From: an uncultured Acidobacteriota bacterium
Lineage (GTDB): Bacteria > Acidobacteriota > Thermoanaerobaculia > Multivoradales > JAHEKO01
Assembly: GCA_963713825.1 (NCBI GenBank)
Contig: CAVQNG010000034.1
Location: 32,001-96,000, forward strand
DNA: 64,000 nucleotides
Reading direction: 5' to 3'
Shown: positions 8,441 to 17,670 of the stretch, one piece after another
How the letters are laid out: every line of letters starts with the position of its first letter
Position numbering within the stretch: the first letter of the stretch is position 1
Made by a program: the position numbers and the translations under genes
The notes under the pieces: generated by a model
The model's database searches: none
What the model was told of the DNA's origin: nothing
Seen by the model: only the letters and a program-made list of their open reading frames with translations

Positions 8441-8475
8441 GGCCCCGGAGTCCGCTCGGATTTCGGGGCCTTTTT
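8441..8475 (+). terminator. Intrinsic terminator of the receptor transcript
   Basis: GGCCCCGGAGTCCG-CT-CGGATTTCGGGGCC followed by TTTTT. Confidence 0.85.
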
Positions 8476-8496
8476 CCTTGCCGTCGGAGGGACTGA

Positions 8497-9534
8497 CTAA
8501 GGGAGCTGGCTGTGACGGGGAGGCAGGGCCTCTATTTCTAACCCCGCTATCTCGCGCAGTGCTGCCTCGGTATAACGTGCTGTCATCAGGCCGCGCCATT
8601 GGGCCTTGAAATCGGTGTTGTCCATCGGTGTTGCCAGTTTTCGAGCCTGCTGAGCGACTTCTTCGATTCGCTCCTCGGTCAGCGGGTGGCCGCGCAGGAG
8701 TTCGGAAACTGCCTCCACGGCAACGGGCCGCGATCCAACTGCACCCAGGAAGATCCGGGCGTCAGAGACGACGTTGTTGTCAGTGAACCAGACGGCAGCG
8801 GCTACGGACAGCACGGCAAAATCGATGGAACCACGGCGACGAAGCTTCCAGAAGCTCGACCGACAGTGCTCTTGGTCACTCTCGGCAGGAATCAGCACCT
8901 GCGTCACGATCTCGTCGGAGCGCTTCGCCAGATAGTCGATGCCGTCGTCGCGATACAAGTCGGTGAGGGCCAGGTCCCTTTCGCCCCTGGCCGACAGCAG
9001 GCTCACCCTGGCATCCAGTGCGGCGAGCATGGGGGCTGAATCGGCGGCGGTGTGCGCCCAACAGCGCGAAGAGCTGGGGGCGACCCAACAGACCGTGCCA
9101 TCCTCTTTCATGCAGTAGTCGATGGCTCGGCGCCAATCTTCGGTCTGGTTGTAGTACGTGCAGCGGGTGTCGAGGCAGATGTTTCCACCCAAAGTCCCCA
9201 TTTGGCGCAAGGGAGGCGAGGCTATCGAAGCGACCGCCTGAGCCAGGGCGGGGTAGCGTTGCCGCAATGCCGAATCCCGGACCACGTCCTCGAGCAGGGT
9301 CGTAGCGCCGATCCGAGCCTCGCTGGATGGGTCGATCGCATCGATGCCCGCCATATCCCCGATCGACATGAGGCTGACGACCGTCTCCGGCTTCTGGTGG
9401 CGCCGTTTCATGTTCGGCCAGAGGTCGGTGCCGCCCGCGACAACTCGAGCGCCCGGTCCTTCGGAGGCGAGGATCGTCGCGGCCTCACGAGTCGAGTCCG
9501 GCATGTGGAATCTGAATTGGGGCAAACGGAGCAT
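8497..9534 (-). CDS. FAD-binding subunit, 4-hydroxybenzoyl-CoA reductase beta-like (xanthine dehydrogenase family)
   Basis: VAGGTDL, TLGGN, Cys-rich [4Fe-4S] insertion RC..YC.K.DG..CWVA...RC, KLRRRGSIDF. Confidence 0.88.
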   Translation of the reverse strand: MLRLPQFRFHMPDSTREAATILASEGPGARVVAGGTDLWPNMKRRHQKPETVVSLMSIGDMAGIDAIDPSSEARIGATTLLEDVVRDSALRQRYPALAQAVASIASPPLRQMGTLGGNICLDTRCTYYNQTEDWRRAIDYCMKEDGTVCWVAPSSSRCWAHTAADSAPMLAALDARVSLLSARGERDLALTDLYRDDGIDYLAKRSDEIVTQVLIPAESDQEHCRSSFWKLRRRGSIDFAVLSVAAAVWFTDNNVVSDARIFLGAVGSRPVAVEAVSELLRGHPLTEERIEEVAQQARKLATPMDNTDFKAQWRGLMTARYTEAALREIAGLEIEALPPRHSQLP

Positions 9535-9578
9535 TGCGGTTCCTGTTCACTCCTCGAAGACTCGGAGCGCGAGTCGAG

Positions 9579-12131
9579 TCATTTGGTGGTCAGAGCTCCA
9601 TCCTTCCGCTTCAGGGCTTCGGTGCGGTCCGACATAGTGCCCGTGTCACCACGCATCTTGGAAGAGCGCTTCCGCTTGGGATCATTGCTAGCCCTGCCAT
9701 CTCCACCCTCGTCCGGCGTCGGCACGAGGAGCGTCTCCCCGAAGTTCACACGAGGGAAGCCTGTCGGGCCGAATCGAGCTTCTTCACCTCTTTCACCTGC
9801 CAGCAAGGCCTGGTGGATCATGTGGGGCTGGATCGGCACCTGATCGATGCGGACGCCGACCGCGTCGTGGATTGCGTTGGCCAGTGCCGGGGGTATGGGA
9901 AGTAGCGGCCCCTGACCTACCTCCTTGGCACCGAAGGGACCCTCCGGATCTGGATCCTCGATCAGGTAGCTGGTCACCTCGGGCATATCGAGGCAGGTCG
10001 GGCTTTTGTATTCGAGCATTGAAGGCATCTTGTGCACGAGAGCGTCAGACATGTGCCTTGGCAGGCGACGGAATGCCTGTTCCTCCATCATGGCCTCTCC
10101 CAGACCCATGTAGACGGAACCCTCGATCTGACCCAGGACCAGTGTCGGGTTGATGGCCCGGCCGATGTCGTGGGCCAGCCAGACGTGAACGGGGCGATAG
10201 ATGCCGCTCGTCGGGTCCACTTCCACCTCGATGACAGCGGCCGAGTAGGAGTAGGTGGGCGAAGGCCCGACCCCGGCGCCGCGGTATTTGCCCGGCGAGC
10301 GGGGCGGAATGTACGAGCCGACCGTGCCGAGCGTTCCGAATCGAGCCTCGGTCGTGATGACCGAATCCTCGAAGCTCAGGCCGCCCTCCGGATGCGCCGC
10401 GTCGAAGACCCGCCGGTTGGCGAAAACCAGATTCTCAGGTGCCGTCTCGAGGCGCTCGGCAACGGCTGTCGCGATGAGCTCACGAGCCCGCATTGCCGCC
10501 TGGACTGCGGCGTTGCCAGCCATGAGGGTTACCCTGGAGGAGTAGCTACCCAGGTCGACAGGTGTGAGGTCCGTGTCTGCCACGCAGAGTCGGATGTCCT
10601 TCAAATCCACGCCCAAGACATCGGCCACGAGTGCGGCCAATACCGAATCGGAACCCTGCCCGATTTCGGTCTCGCCACAGAACAGCGCGATGCCGCCAGA
10701 GCGGTCGAGCTTGAGCTGGACTCCCGACTGCGGGAGATGATTCCAGTAGATGGGTAGACCGGCGCCGCACATGTAGGCGCCACACGCCAATCCGAGACCA
10801 CGGCCCTCTGGTAACTTGCCTCGGCGTTGGCGCCATCCACTTCCTTCGACGACCGCTTCGATGCAGCGCCGCAAAGCGATCGTGCCCAAGCGCAGCCAGT
10901 TGGCGGTCACCTGGCCCGGGGAAGCGAGATTGGCCAGTCTCAGGTCTGCCGGATCGAGGTCCAGCTTCTCTGCCGCCTTGTCCAGATGAACCTCGAATGC
11001 AAAGCGCGGTTGCGGCGTTCCATGGCCTCGCTTGGGACCGCAGGGTGGCTTGTTGGTGAAACAGCGCACACCGTCGAATTGATAGCGCGGCAGCGAGTAA
11101 GTTGCCGTCTGCAGAGCTCCCGTGTAGTACGTGGAAGCCACTCCGTAGCTGCCGTAGGCGCCGCCGTCGAGAGCGGTCTGGAGGTGCTGGGCCGTGATCG
11201 CCCCCTCTTTCGAGAAGCCGGTTCGGATCTTCATCGCCACCGGATGGCGCCCCCGGTGGCAATAGAAGACCTCCTCGCGATTGAGGACTATCTTGGCCGG
11301 CCTGCCGAGCTCGAGGGCCATCTTCGCGGCGACGATCTCGTGGTTGAAGGGATCGCTCTTGCCGCCGAATCCACCCCCGTTGGGGCAAGCGATGACTCGG
11401 ATCCGGGAGGCGGGAAGTCCCAAGACCCGGGTGAGAGCACGGTGCAGATAGTGGGGTGTCTGAGTCGAAGAGTAGATGGTGACCCGGTCGACATCTTCGG
11501 GGACCGCTACCGTAGCGTGCTGCTCTAGCGCCAGATGAGTGTTGCCTTCGTAGAAGAATTGATCGTCGAGAATCAGGTCGGCATTGTCGAAGCCGGTCTG
11601 GAGGTCGCCAAATCGCAGAGACACGCTCTTGTGGACGTTGCCCTCAGAGCCGTAGTCGTGAATGCGAGGCTCGGGAGTGCCGAGGGCTTCTTCGACCGAA
11701 GCGATGGTTGGTAGCGGCTCGTATTCGACCTCGACGCAGAGGGCGGCCTCGTAGGCCGCGTCTTCGGAAGTCGCTGCCACCGCTGCGACGGGATCGCCGA
11801 CGAATCGCACACGGTCGAGACAGAGAGCGTGCTCGTCCTGGGAAACCGGCAGGATGCCGAAAGTCTCTGGCATGTCGGAGCCGACAAGGCTGCCGAGATA
11901 CCCCGCCACCTTCTCGGCCTGCCCGAAGTCGATTGACGAGATCTTGCCGTGGGGAATCGTGGATCGCACCAGACGGAGGTGACACATCCGTGGGAACTCG
12001 AGGTCATCGGCAAACCGAGTCACGCCACTGACCTTGTCCCGACCATCGACGCGGCGGAACGGCCTGCCGATGTAACGACCCGATGTGGGATCGAAGGGAC
12101 CGGCCTCGTGGCGAGTTTTGGATTCACCCAT
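9579..12131 (-). CDS. Molybdopterin-binding subunit, 4-hydroxybenzoyl-CoA reductase alpha-like
   Basis: RVDG..KVSG..RFADD, GGGFGGK, KRGHG, EIGQG, GSYSSR, GQIEG, GAKEVGQ. ATG 12131 is preferred over 12410. Confidence 0.88.
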   Translation of the reverse strand: MGESKTRHEAGPFDPTSGRYIGRPFRRVDGRDKVSGVTRFADDLEFPRMCHLRLVRSTIPHGKISSIDFGQAEKVAGYLGSLVGSDMPETFGILPVSQDEHALCLDRVRFVGDPVAAVAATSEDAAYEAALCVEVEYEPLPTIASVEEALGTPEPRIHDYGSEGNVHKSVSLRFGDLQTGFDNADLILDDQFFYEGNTHLALEQHATVAVPEDVDRVTIYSSTQTPHYLHRALTRVLGLPASRIRVIACPNGGGFGGKSDPFNHEIVAAKMALELGRPAKIVLNREEVFYCHRGRHPVAMKIRTGFSKEGAITAQHLQTALDGGAYGSYGVASTYYTGALQTATYSLPRYQFDGVRCFTNKPPCGPKRGHGTPQPRFAFEVHLDKAAEKLDLDPADLRLANLASPGQVTANWLRLGTIALRRCIEAVVEGSGWRQRRGKLPEGRGLGLACGAYMCGAGLPIYWNHLPQSGVQLKLDRSGGIALFCGETEIGQGSDSVLAALVADVLGVDLKDIRLCVADTDLTPVDLGSYSSRVTLMAGNAAVQAAMRARELIATAVAERLETAPENLVFANRRVFDAAHPEGGLSFEDSVITTEARFGTLGTVGSYIPPRSPGKYRGAGVGPSPTYSYSAAVIEVEVDPTSGIYRPVHVWLAHDIGRAINPTLVLGQIEGSVYMGLGEAMMEEQAFRRLPRHMSDALVHKMPSMLEYKSPTCLDMPEVTSYLIEDPDPEGPFGAKEVGQGPLLPIPPALANAIHDAVGVRIDQVPIQPHMIHQALLAGERGEEARFGPTGFPRVNFGETLLVPTPDEGGDGRASNDPKRKRSSKMRGDTGTMSDRTEALKRKDGALTTK

Positions 12132-12172
12132 CGTTCTGGTCCAGGTTCTCTTGAGTTTCTCGTCCAGACAAT

Positions 12173-12715
12173 TCAGCCGGCATCGGAGGAGGGAGGAGGA
12201 GTGCCATGGAGGGTTTCGGTCGAGTAGGGGCGCTCTTCGCCACGCATTCGAGCGGCAGCCACCTCGACGGCCTGGACGATCTTGTGGTACCCGGTACAGC
12301 GACAGAGATTCCCGGACAGTGCTTCTTCGATCTGATTTCTGGATGGCGTCTGTTCGTCCTGCAGAAGCGCGATCGATGTCATGAGGATGCCTGGGGTGCA
12401 ATAGCCACACTGCGCGGCATTGAGATCGGCCATGGCGGTCTGCAGCGGGTGAAGCTCATTGGATTCCTGCAAGCCCTCGACGGTCTGGACGTTCTTGCCC
12501 GCCAACTGGGCGGCCAGAAGCAGGCAAGAGAGAATCGGTCGACCGTCCACCAGTACCGTGCAGGCCCCACACTCGCCCAACTCGCATCCGTGCTTGGTCC
12601 CAGTGAGTCGAAGCTGCTCGCGCAAGACCTCGAGCAAGGTGTGATGGGTCGGAAAGGAGAGGGTCCTGGTCTCACCGTTGACGGTCAGCTCGAGGGATGT
12701 GATTTGCTCCGACAT
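12173..12715 (-). CDS. 2x[2Fe-2S] subunit (HcrC/CoxS-like)
   Basis: GTKHGCELGECGACTV, QCGYCTPG, NLCRCTGY. Confidence 0.93.
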   Translation of the reverse strand: MSEQITSLELTVNGETRTLSFPTHHTLLEVLREQLRLTGTKHGCELGECGACTVLVDGRPILSCLLLAAQLAGKNVQTVEGLQESNELHPLQTAMADLNAAQCGYCTPGILMTSIALLQDEQTPSRNQIEEALSGNLCRCTGYHKIVQAVEVAAARMRGEERPYSTETLHGTPPPSSDAG

Positions 12716-12851
12716 GGCAGTCTCGTTGATACAGCTTCGAGGGCGGACTCAGGCGTCCTTCGCCGGCGCCGGCTCGGGTGAGTCTGGCAAGACAGGCTCG
12801 ACTTCCAGCCTGAAGACCAGGGTATCCGCGAATTGCCCTACGAGCTACGAA

Positions 12852-12880
12852 ATTCTGGCCAGATGCAGCTTGGCTGTCAA
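12852..12880 (-). promoter_or_regulatory. Sigma70-type promoter of the molybdoenzyme operon
   Basis: Minus strand TTGACA-17 nt-CAGAAT. Confidence 0.6.
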
Positions 12881-12933
12881 GCGGGCTCTCGAGTCGCGGA
12901 GCTCACCCTTCAAGTGTTGCGGATGCCGAGAAA

Positions 12934-13683
12934 TCAGGGAGCTGCCGGCGATTGCTCGAGCTCGAAGGGGAGGATCTCTTCTTCTCGAATCACCATCCGG
13001 CCCTGAACGTAGTCGCGGAGCCGCTCGCGAGCGCCTTCTGGGAGGCGGACGAAGGTCACGCCCATTCCCTGGGTCTGCTCGGTGCCGGGACTGGTGTGGC
13101 GAACGACTTTGACCGCGCCGTCGATCGGCCGTGGATCTCCAGGCAGATGAAAGGTCACCTCGACCTCACTGCCCACTGGGGCTCGGCGACTGGTGTGGAT
13201 CAGCATGCCCGATTCGGACACGTTCGAGGTCTGACAGGCGCGCAGTAGATTGCCGGTTTCGACTGCGAGCTGCAGCTGAACCAGCAGGCGGCTCGTCTTT
13301 CGCTGCGCCACCCCGAGGCTGGCTGCCACGTGCTGTTGCAGGGCCTCGGCAGAGGCGCCGATTGGCAGGACTTCGACTCTGTCGCTATCGATCTGGGCGC
13401 CCAGGTCTTCGGCGTGCTCGTCTTTCGTCAGCAGAACGACCGGCGAATGGGCGTTGGCGAGAGTGGGGGACTGGAGGATCTCGAGGAAGTCGACGATGCT
13501 CAGGTCGGGAAGAGGATACTCGGCGACGATCAGGTCGTACCTCACGTTGGTAGCCAGGATCAGACTCCGGGTGCCGTTGGTGGCTCGGGTCACCTCCATG
13601 GATGCCCGCGTGAAGATCGGTTCCATCTTCTCGAAGACCGAGTCCTGCGTGATGATAGCGAGGATCTTTTTTGTCGATTCCAT
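12934..13683 (-). CDS. Pseudo-receiver plus PilZ domain protein
   Basis: REC-like fold (KKILAI, YDLIVAEYPLPD, PVVLLT); PilZ with RKTSR, NVSESG and GMGVTF. Confidence 0.85.
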   Translation of the reverse strand: MESTKKILAIITQDSVFEKMEPIFTRASMEVTRATNGTRSLILATNVRYDLIVAEYPLPDLSIVDFLEILQSPTLANAHSPVVLLTKDEHAEDLGAQIDSDRVEVLPIGASAEALQQHVAASLGVAQRKTSRLLVQLQLAVETGNLLRACQTSNVSESGMLIHTSRRAPVGSEVEVTFHLPGDPRPIDGAVKVVRHTSPGTEQTQGMGVTFVRLPEGARERLRDYVQGRMVIREEEILPFELEQSPAAP

Positions 13684-13792
13684 GGTGGAAGCCCCTCTTC
13701 GTTGGCACCCTTCGGATTGACCGACTAGAGCGCTATTCTTCGTCCAGCAGGAGTCGTGCTGCAGTGAAGTGCTTCACATTGGAGGTGGAGTC

Positions 13793-14599
13793 ATGAGTCT
13801 CGAGATCGTCCAGATCGATGCCTTTTCGTCACAGCCGTTCGGCGGCAACCCTGCCGCGGTCTGCTTGCTACCGAGATATCCAAGCAACGAATGGCTTCTT
13901 TCAGTCGCTCGAGAGATGAACCTGTCGGAGACCGCATTTCTGAAACCGCGGCAAGACGGCTTCGAATTGCGGTGGTTCACACCCGAGGTCGAAGTCGAGC
14001 TCTGCGGTCACGCGACTCTCGCGAGTGCACACTTTCTGTGGCAACAGGGACTACTGGAACCGGCGGAGCCGGCGCGATTTCACACCCTCAGCGGTTGGTT
14101 GGTCGCACAGCAACGGCAGGGTTGGATCGAAATGGACTTCCCGGCCGAACCGCCAGACGCGGTCTCGGCCACCCCAGTACTGCTTCGCGCGCTGGGAGTG
14201 GAGGCTCTCTACGTCGGCAAGAACCGCTTCGACTACCTGGTCGAGGTCGAGTCCGAATCGATCCTTCGGCAGATACAGCCGGACTTCAAGCTCCTTGCCG
14301 AGGTTTGCGACCGCGGTGTCATGGTGACCAGCGGCACCGACCAGACGGAGATCGACTTCGTGTCACGCTTTTTCGCTCCAGCCGTCGGAGTCGACGAAGA
14401 CCCCGTGACCGGATCTGCACATTGCTGCTTGGCTCCGTTCTGGTCCCGAAGGCTGGCCAAGGACGAGCTGGTGGGCTTTCAGGCCTCCCGCCGCGGCGGA
14501 GTGGTGAGGACCCGACTGCAAGGGAATCGAGTCCTGCTTTCCGGCCAGGCTGTCACAGTTCTCGAGGGCCACCTGCAACTCGAGGTGCCTACCTCGTAG
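13793..14599 (+). CDS. PhzF family isomerase/epimerase
   Basis: DAF...FGGNPAAV, EMNLSETAF, LRWFTP.EV.LCGHATLA, EDPVTGSAHC; GGAGG SD. Confidence 0.93.
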   Translation: MSLEIVQIDAFSSQPFGGNPAAVCLLPRYPSNEWLLSVAREMNLSETAFLKPRQDGFELRWFTPEVEVELCGHATLASAHFLWQQGLLEPAEPARFHTLSGWLVAQQRQGWIEMDFPAEPPDAVSATPVLLRALGVEALYVGKNRFDYLVEVESESILRQIQPDFKLLAEVCDRGVMVTSGTDQTEIDFVSRFFAPAVGVDEDPVTGSAHCCLAPFWSRRLAKDELVGFQASRRGGVVRTRLQGNRVLLSGQAVTVLEGHLQLEVPTS

Positions 14600-16340
14600 G
14601 CGGTTGCCAGCTGGCGTTGGGTGGCCGGAAGTAGACCTTGAGCCTGGCGAAACGGGGTTCCTCTGCGGAGGTGTTCTCGAAGATGCCCCACACCACCGTC
14701 GCATTGAAACCGCGCTGGACGACCGGGCTCGCAAGCCACTGGACCTGGGCCAGTGGACAACCGCGGTCTGGAGCACACTCTCCGCCACTGGCGTCGTCGT
14801 AGGCCTCGTATCGAAAACCGACGAAGCGGACGGACTTTGGAAGAACTACCGAAACAACCTGACAATTGCTCACTCCTCCAAGGTAACGCCCCAACTTCTG
14901 CGTGTACGCTTGGGAGACCGAGGACTCGGCCGATTTCAGCGCCTCGTTGCTCGAGCCGTCGGCGGCGGGGCCCACGAAACCGGAGAGCTCCAACTGCATG
15001 GAGTTCCCCAGGCCATCAGCCGCCTCCCGAGCGGCAGGGGTGACCGCGGCCGGACATGGGACGCTACCGGCGGCGACCGCCTGAGTGGCGGTGACCGCCC
15101 ATTCTCCGGTCCTGCACTCAGAGCAGCTCCCATCTCGATAGGTGGAGATCTCGGGAGCGTCCCGTGGGACCGCAATCGGTGGTGCACTGGGTGGCGCCGC
15201 TGGTTCGACCGCGGGAGCCTCGACTGCTGGAGCCGGAGCTGGCTCGACCTCGGCTGTTTCCATGGATTCGGGTACTTTCGCTGGTGTCGGCTCCAGACTC
15301 GGAGCCTCCTCCGTGACGCCGGACTGGACTGCAGTTGTAGACGTCGATTCCGGTAGAGCCTCTGAAGGCTGAGGCTCGGAGGGTGTTTCCGTGACCTCTG
15401 TGAGCTCGATTGGAGGCGCTGCCTCGACCGGTTTTGCGATGCCGGGCTCCGGCTCACTTGGTAGCGGTACCTGTGTTTCGGCGATCTCTTCCGCCACCTC
15501 GGGTGCCAGAGCCGGCTCGAGTTCCGTGGGTGCTGCTTCGGTGGCGACCGTCTCTGTTGGGATTCCCGACTGGCTCTCTGGCTCTTCAGTGACAGAGGGC
15601 GCTTCGATGGTGGGCTCGGGCTGCGGCTCGACTTCCTGAGGCGCTGGCAAGTCTTCCTCTTCTGGCTCGGGGTCCGGCATCGGCGTGAGCTCTGGAACTC
15701 GGACTTCCTGCACCTCCGGAATCGAGGGTTCGATCTCCGCAGCCGCAGGCTCGGCGGCTGATGGCGCCGGTGGCTCCTCTGCGACCTGGCTCACGGGCGC
15801 GGGGGCAGGCTGGGGCTCGGTCTTCTCCTGCGGGACTGGCTCGTCCTCGATCGTCGGCCTCGGTGCTGGGGCGGCTTCCACTGGTGGTGCTGTCTGGGTT
15901 CGAGCCTCCTGGGAGGGAAGCGGAGAGCTGGCGTCCCTCGGGTTCCCCTTCGAGAGCTTGACTTTCATGGGAGTCAGAGACCGGCCTCCGGCCTCCAGGA
16001 ACGAAGCGTTGATGGACGGTTTCTTGCCGCGCGACAGTTCGAATACCGCCACGTAGGAAAGGAAATCTGGATGTAGAACCTCGACTTGCCAGGGGCCTGC
16101 AGCAAGACCCGCGACGACGGCTCGGCCCTTGGAATCTGTTGCTACTTGCGGGGGATTGCCCTCGGATCCTCGACCCTGGAAGCTGAGTACGACCCGGGCT
16201 TCCGGGATGGGCTTGCCCTTCGAGTCGGAAGCCTGGATCCCGATGGCTTCGGTCCCGCTCCAAGTCTGGGCCTGGGCAGGAATAGTGATAGCCAGGGCGA
16301 GAAGGCCGGCAGCCAGGGCCAAGAGGCGGTGGTGATGCAT
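14589..16340 (-). CDS. Secreted protein: carboxypeptidase-regulatory-like domain, long Pro/Glu linker, Cys-containing C-terminal domain
   Basis: GGGGG SD-like run before MHHHRLLALAAG..AQA signal; DSKGKPIPEARV..TDSKG..GL..GPW.V; about 270 aa P/E/A-rich stretch. Confidence 0.75.
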   Translation of the reverse strand: MHHHRLLALAAGLLALAITIPAQAQTWSGTEAIGIQASDSKGKPIPEARVVLSFQGRGSEGNPPQVATDSKGRAVVAGLAAGPWQVEVLHPDFLSYVAVFELSRGKKPSINASFLEAGGRSLTPMKVKLSKGNPRDASSPLPSQEARTQTAPPVEAAPAPRPTIEDEPVPQEKTEPQPAPAPVSQVAEEPPAPSAAEPAAAEIEPSIPEVQEVRVPELTPMPDPEPEEEDLPAPQEVEPQPEPTIEAPSVTEEPESQSGIPTETVATEAAPTELEPALAPEVAEEIAETQVPLPSEPEPGIAKPVEAAPPIELTEVTETPSEPQPSEALPESTSTTAVQSGVTEEAPSLEPTPAKVPESMETAEVEPAPAPAVEAPAVEPAAPPSAPPIAVPRDAPEISTYRDGSCSECRTGEWAVTATQAVAAGSVPCPAAVTPAAREAADGLGNSMQLELSGFVGPAADGSSNEALKSAESSVSQAYTQKLGRYLGGVSNCQVVSVVLPKSVRFVGFRYEAYDDASGGECAPDRGCPLAQVQWLASPVVQRGFNATVVWGIFENTSAEEPRFARLKVYFRPPNASWQPPTR

Positions 16341-16505
16341 CGTATCCCCCTTCGATTGCGTCAGCGGGAGGCAGACCTGTTCGATCACTGCTCCGAGCAG
16401 CTTACCCTCAGGGAGGCGCTCGGACAAGCCGTCGTGAGCGGATGCCTGCGGACCCCGCCCGTCTGGCTCCCCTGATACGATTGGCGCGAATTTCAGGAGG
16501 AACCT

Positions 16506-17630
16506 ATGAATCCTTTGCGACAACTCCAGGCTCAGGGGCAAGCGGTCTGGTTGGACTACATCCGTCGGGACATTCTGCTCGACGGGTCTTTGCGCCGCAT
16601 GGTGGAGGACGATGGGGTCACTGGCGTGACCAGCAATCCAGCCATTTTTCAGAAGGCGATTGGCGAGAGTGAGCTCTACGACTCAGCCATCCAGGACTAT
16701 TTGACCGGTGAGCCCGAGGGCAGCGTGGAGGATCTCTATGAGGCCCTGGTCGTCGAGGACATCCGCCTCGCTGCTGACATCTTGACGTCGGTCTTCGAAA
16801 GTACGAGCGGCCGGGACGGGTTTGTGAGTCTGGAGGTGTCTCCGCACCTGGCTCGCGATGCCGAGGGTACGCTGGCCGAAGCGAGGCATCTTTGGCAACG
16901 AGTCGGACGACCCAACCTGATGATCAAGGTGCCGGCCACTGGCGAGTGCGTTCCAGCGATCGAGGGTTTGCTGGCGGAAGGAATCAACGTCAATGTGACC
17001 CTGATGTTCTCAATGGCTCACTACGAGGCTGTCGCCGGGGCCTACCTGCGAGGTCTGGAGCGCTGCGAGAGCCCGGATCGAACGGCTTCGGTGGCATCGT
17101 TTTTTGTCAGTCGCGTCGACACGAAAGTAGACGAGATACTGGAGAACCTGGGCAGCGAGGCGGCAGCCCAGCTCATGGGTAAGATCGCCATCGCCAACTC
17201 GAAGTTGACCTATGCTCGATACCAGGACGTGTTCGAGGGTGCTGTCTTCGAGGCGATGCGAAGTCGTGGCGCGGTCCCCCAGCGAGTCCTATGGGCCAGT
17301 ACCAGCACCAAGAACCCCGCTTATCGTGACGTGATCTACGTCGAGGAGCTTGTCGGTCCCAATACGGTCAATACGATTCCACCGGAGACCCTGGAGGCTT
17401 TCCGCGATCACGGGAAGGTAGGGCCGACGCTTCTCGAGGACTGGAGCGGAGCCCGAAGGGAGCTCGACGAGCTCGCCTCCCTCGGCGTTGATCTGGCGAT
17501 CGCCACGGAAGAGCTCCAGCAAGAGGGTCTCGAGAAGTTCGCCATGCCCTTCGATAGCCTTCTGGATACCTTGCGGAGCAAGCGAGATTCCCTGCGACCG
17601 GGTGTCTCGCTGAGCTCGACAGTCGAATGA
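16506..17630 (+). CDS. tal: Transaldolase
   Basis: GVTSNPAIF, VSLEVSP, NLMIKVPAT, VASFFVSRVD, LWASTSTK; AGGAGG SD. Confidence 0.96.
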   Translation: MNPLRQLQAQGQAVWLDYIRRDILLDGSLRRMVEDDGVTGVTSNPAIFQKAIGESELYDSAIQDYLTGEPEGSVEDLYEALVVEDIRLAADILTSVFESTSGRDGFVSLEVSPHLARDAEGTLAEARHLWQRVGRPNLMIKVPATGECVPAIEGLLAEGINVNVTLMFSMAHYEAVAGAYLRGLERCESPDRTASVASFFVSRVDTKVDEILENLGSEAAAQLMGKIAIANSKLTYARYQDVFEGAVFEAMRSRGAVPQRVLWASTSTKNPAYRDVIYVEELVGPNTVNTIPPETLEAFRDHGKVGPTLLEDWSGARRELDELASLGVDLAIATEELQQEGLEKFAMPFDSLLDTLRSKRDSLRPGVSLSSTVE

Positions 17631-17670
17631 GATTCCGATTGCACTCAGACATGCATTCCGGTAGGTCGGG

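Noticed and set aside
6638-8599. 653-aa antisense ORF over the receptor, and similar long antisense ORFs (33615-35522, 35721-37127, 42631-44850, 57681-58925, 61632-62957)
   Set aside because: Shadow frames of well-supported genes, expected from high-GC codon bias; no recognisable motifs.
12132-12410. Extended start of the Mo subunit
   Set aside because: It overlaps the FeS subunit gene; family-like sequence begins after ATG 12131.
15180-15900. Repeat-like sequence (GGCTC/GGCTCG recurrences)
   Set aside because: Explained by Glu-Pro codons on the minus strand; no regular spacing, so neither CRISPR nor a tandem repeat.
16341-16541. Extended start of the Pro/Glu-rich protein overlapping tal
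   Set aside because: The signal peptide and SD-like run start at 16340.
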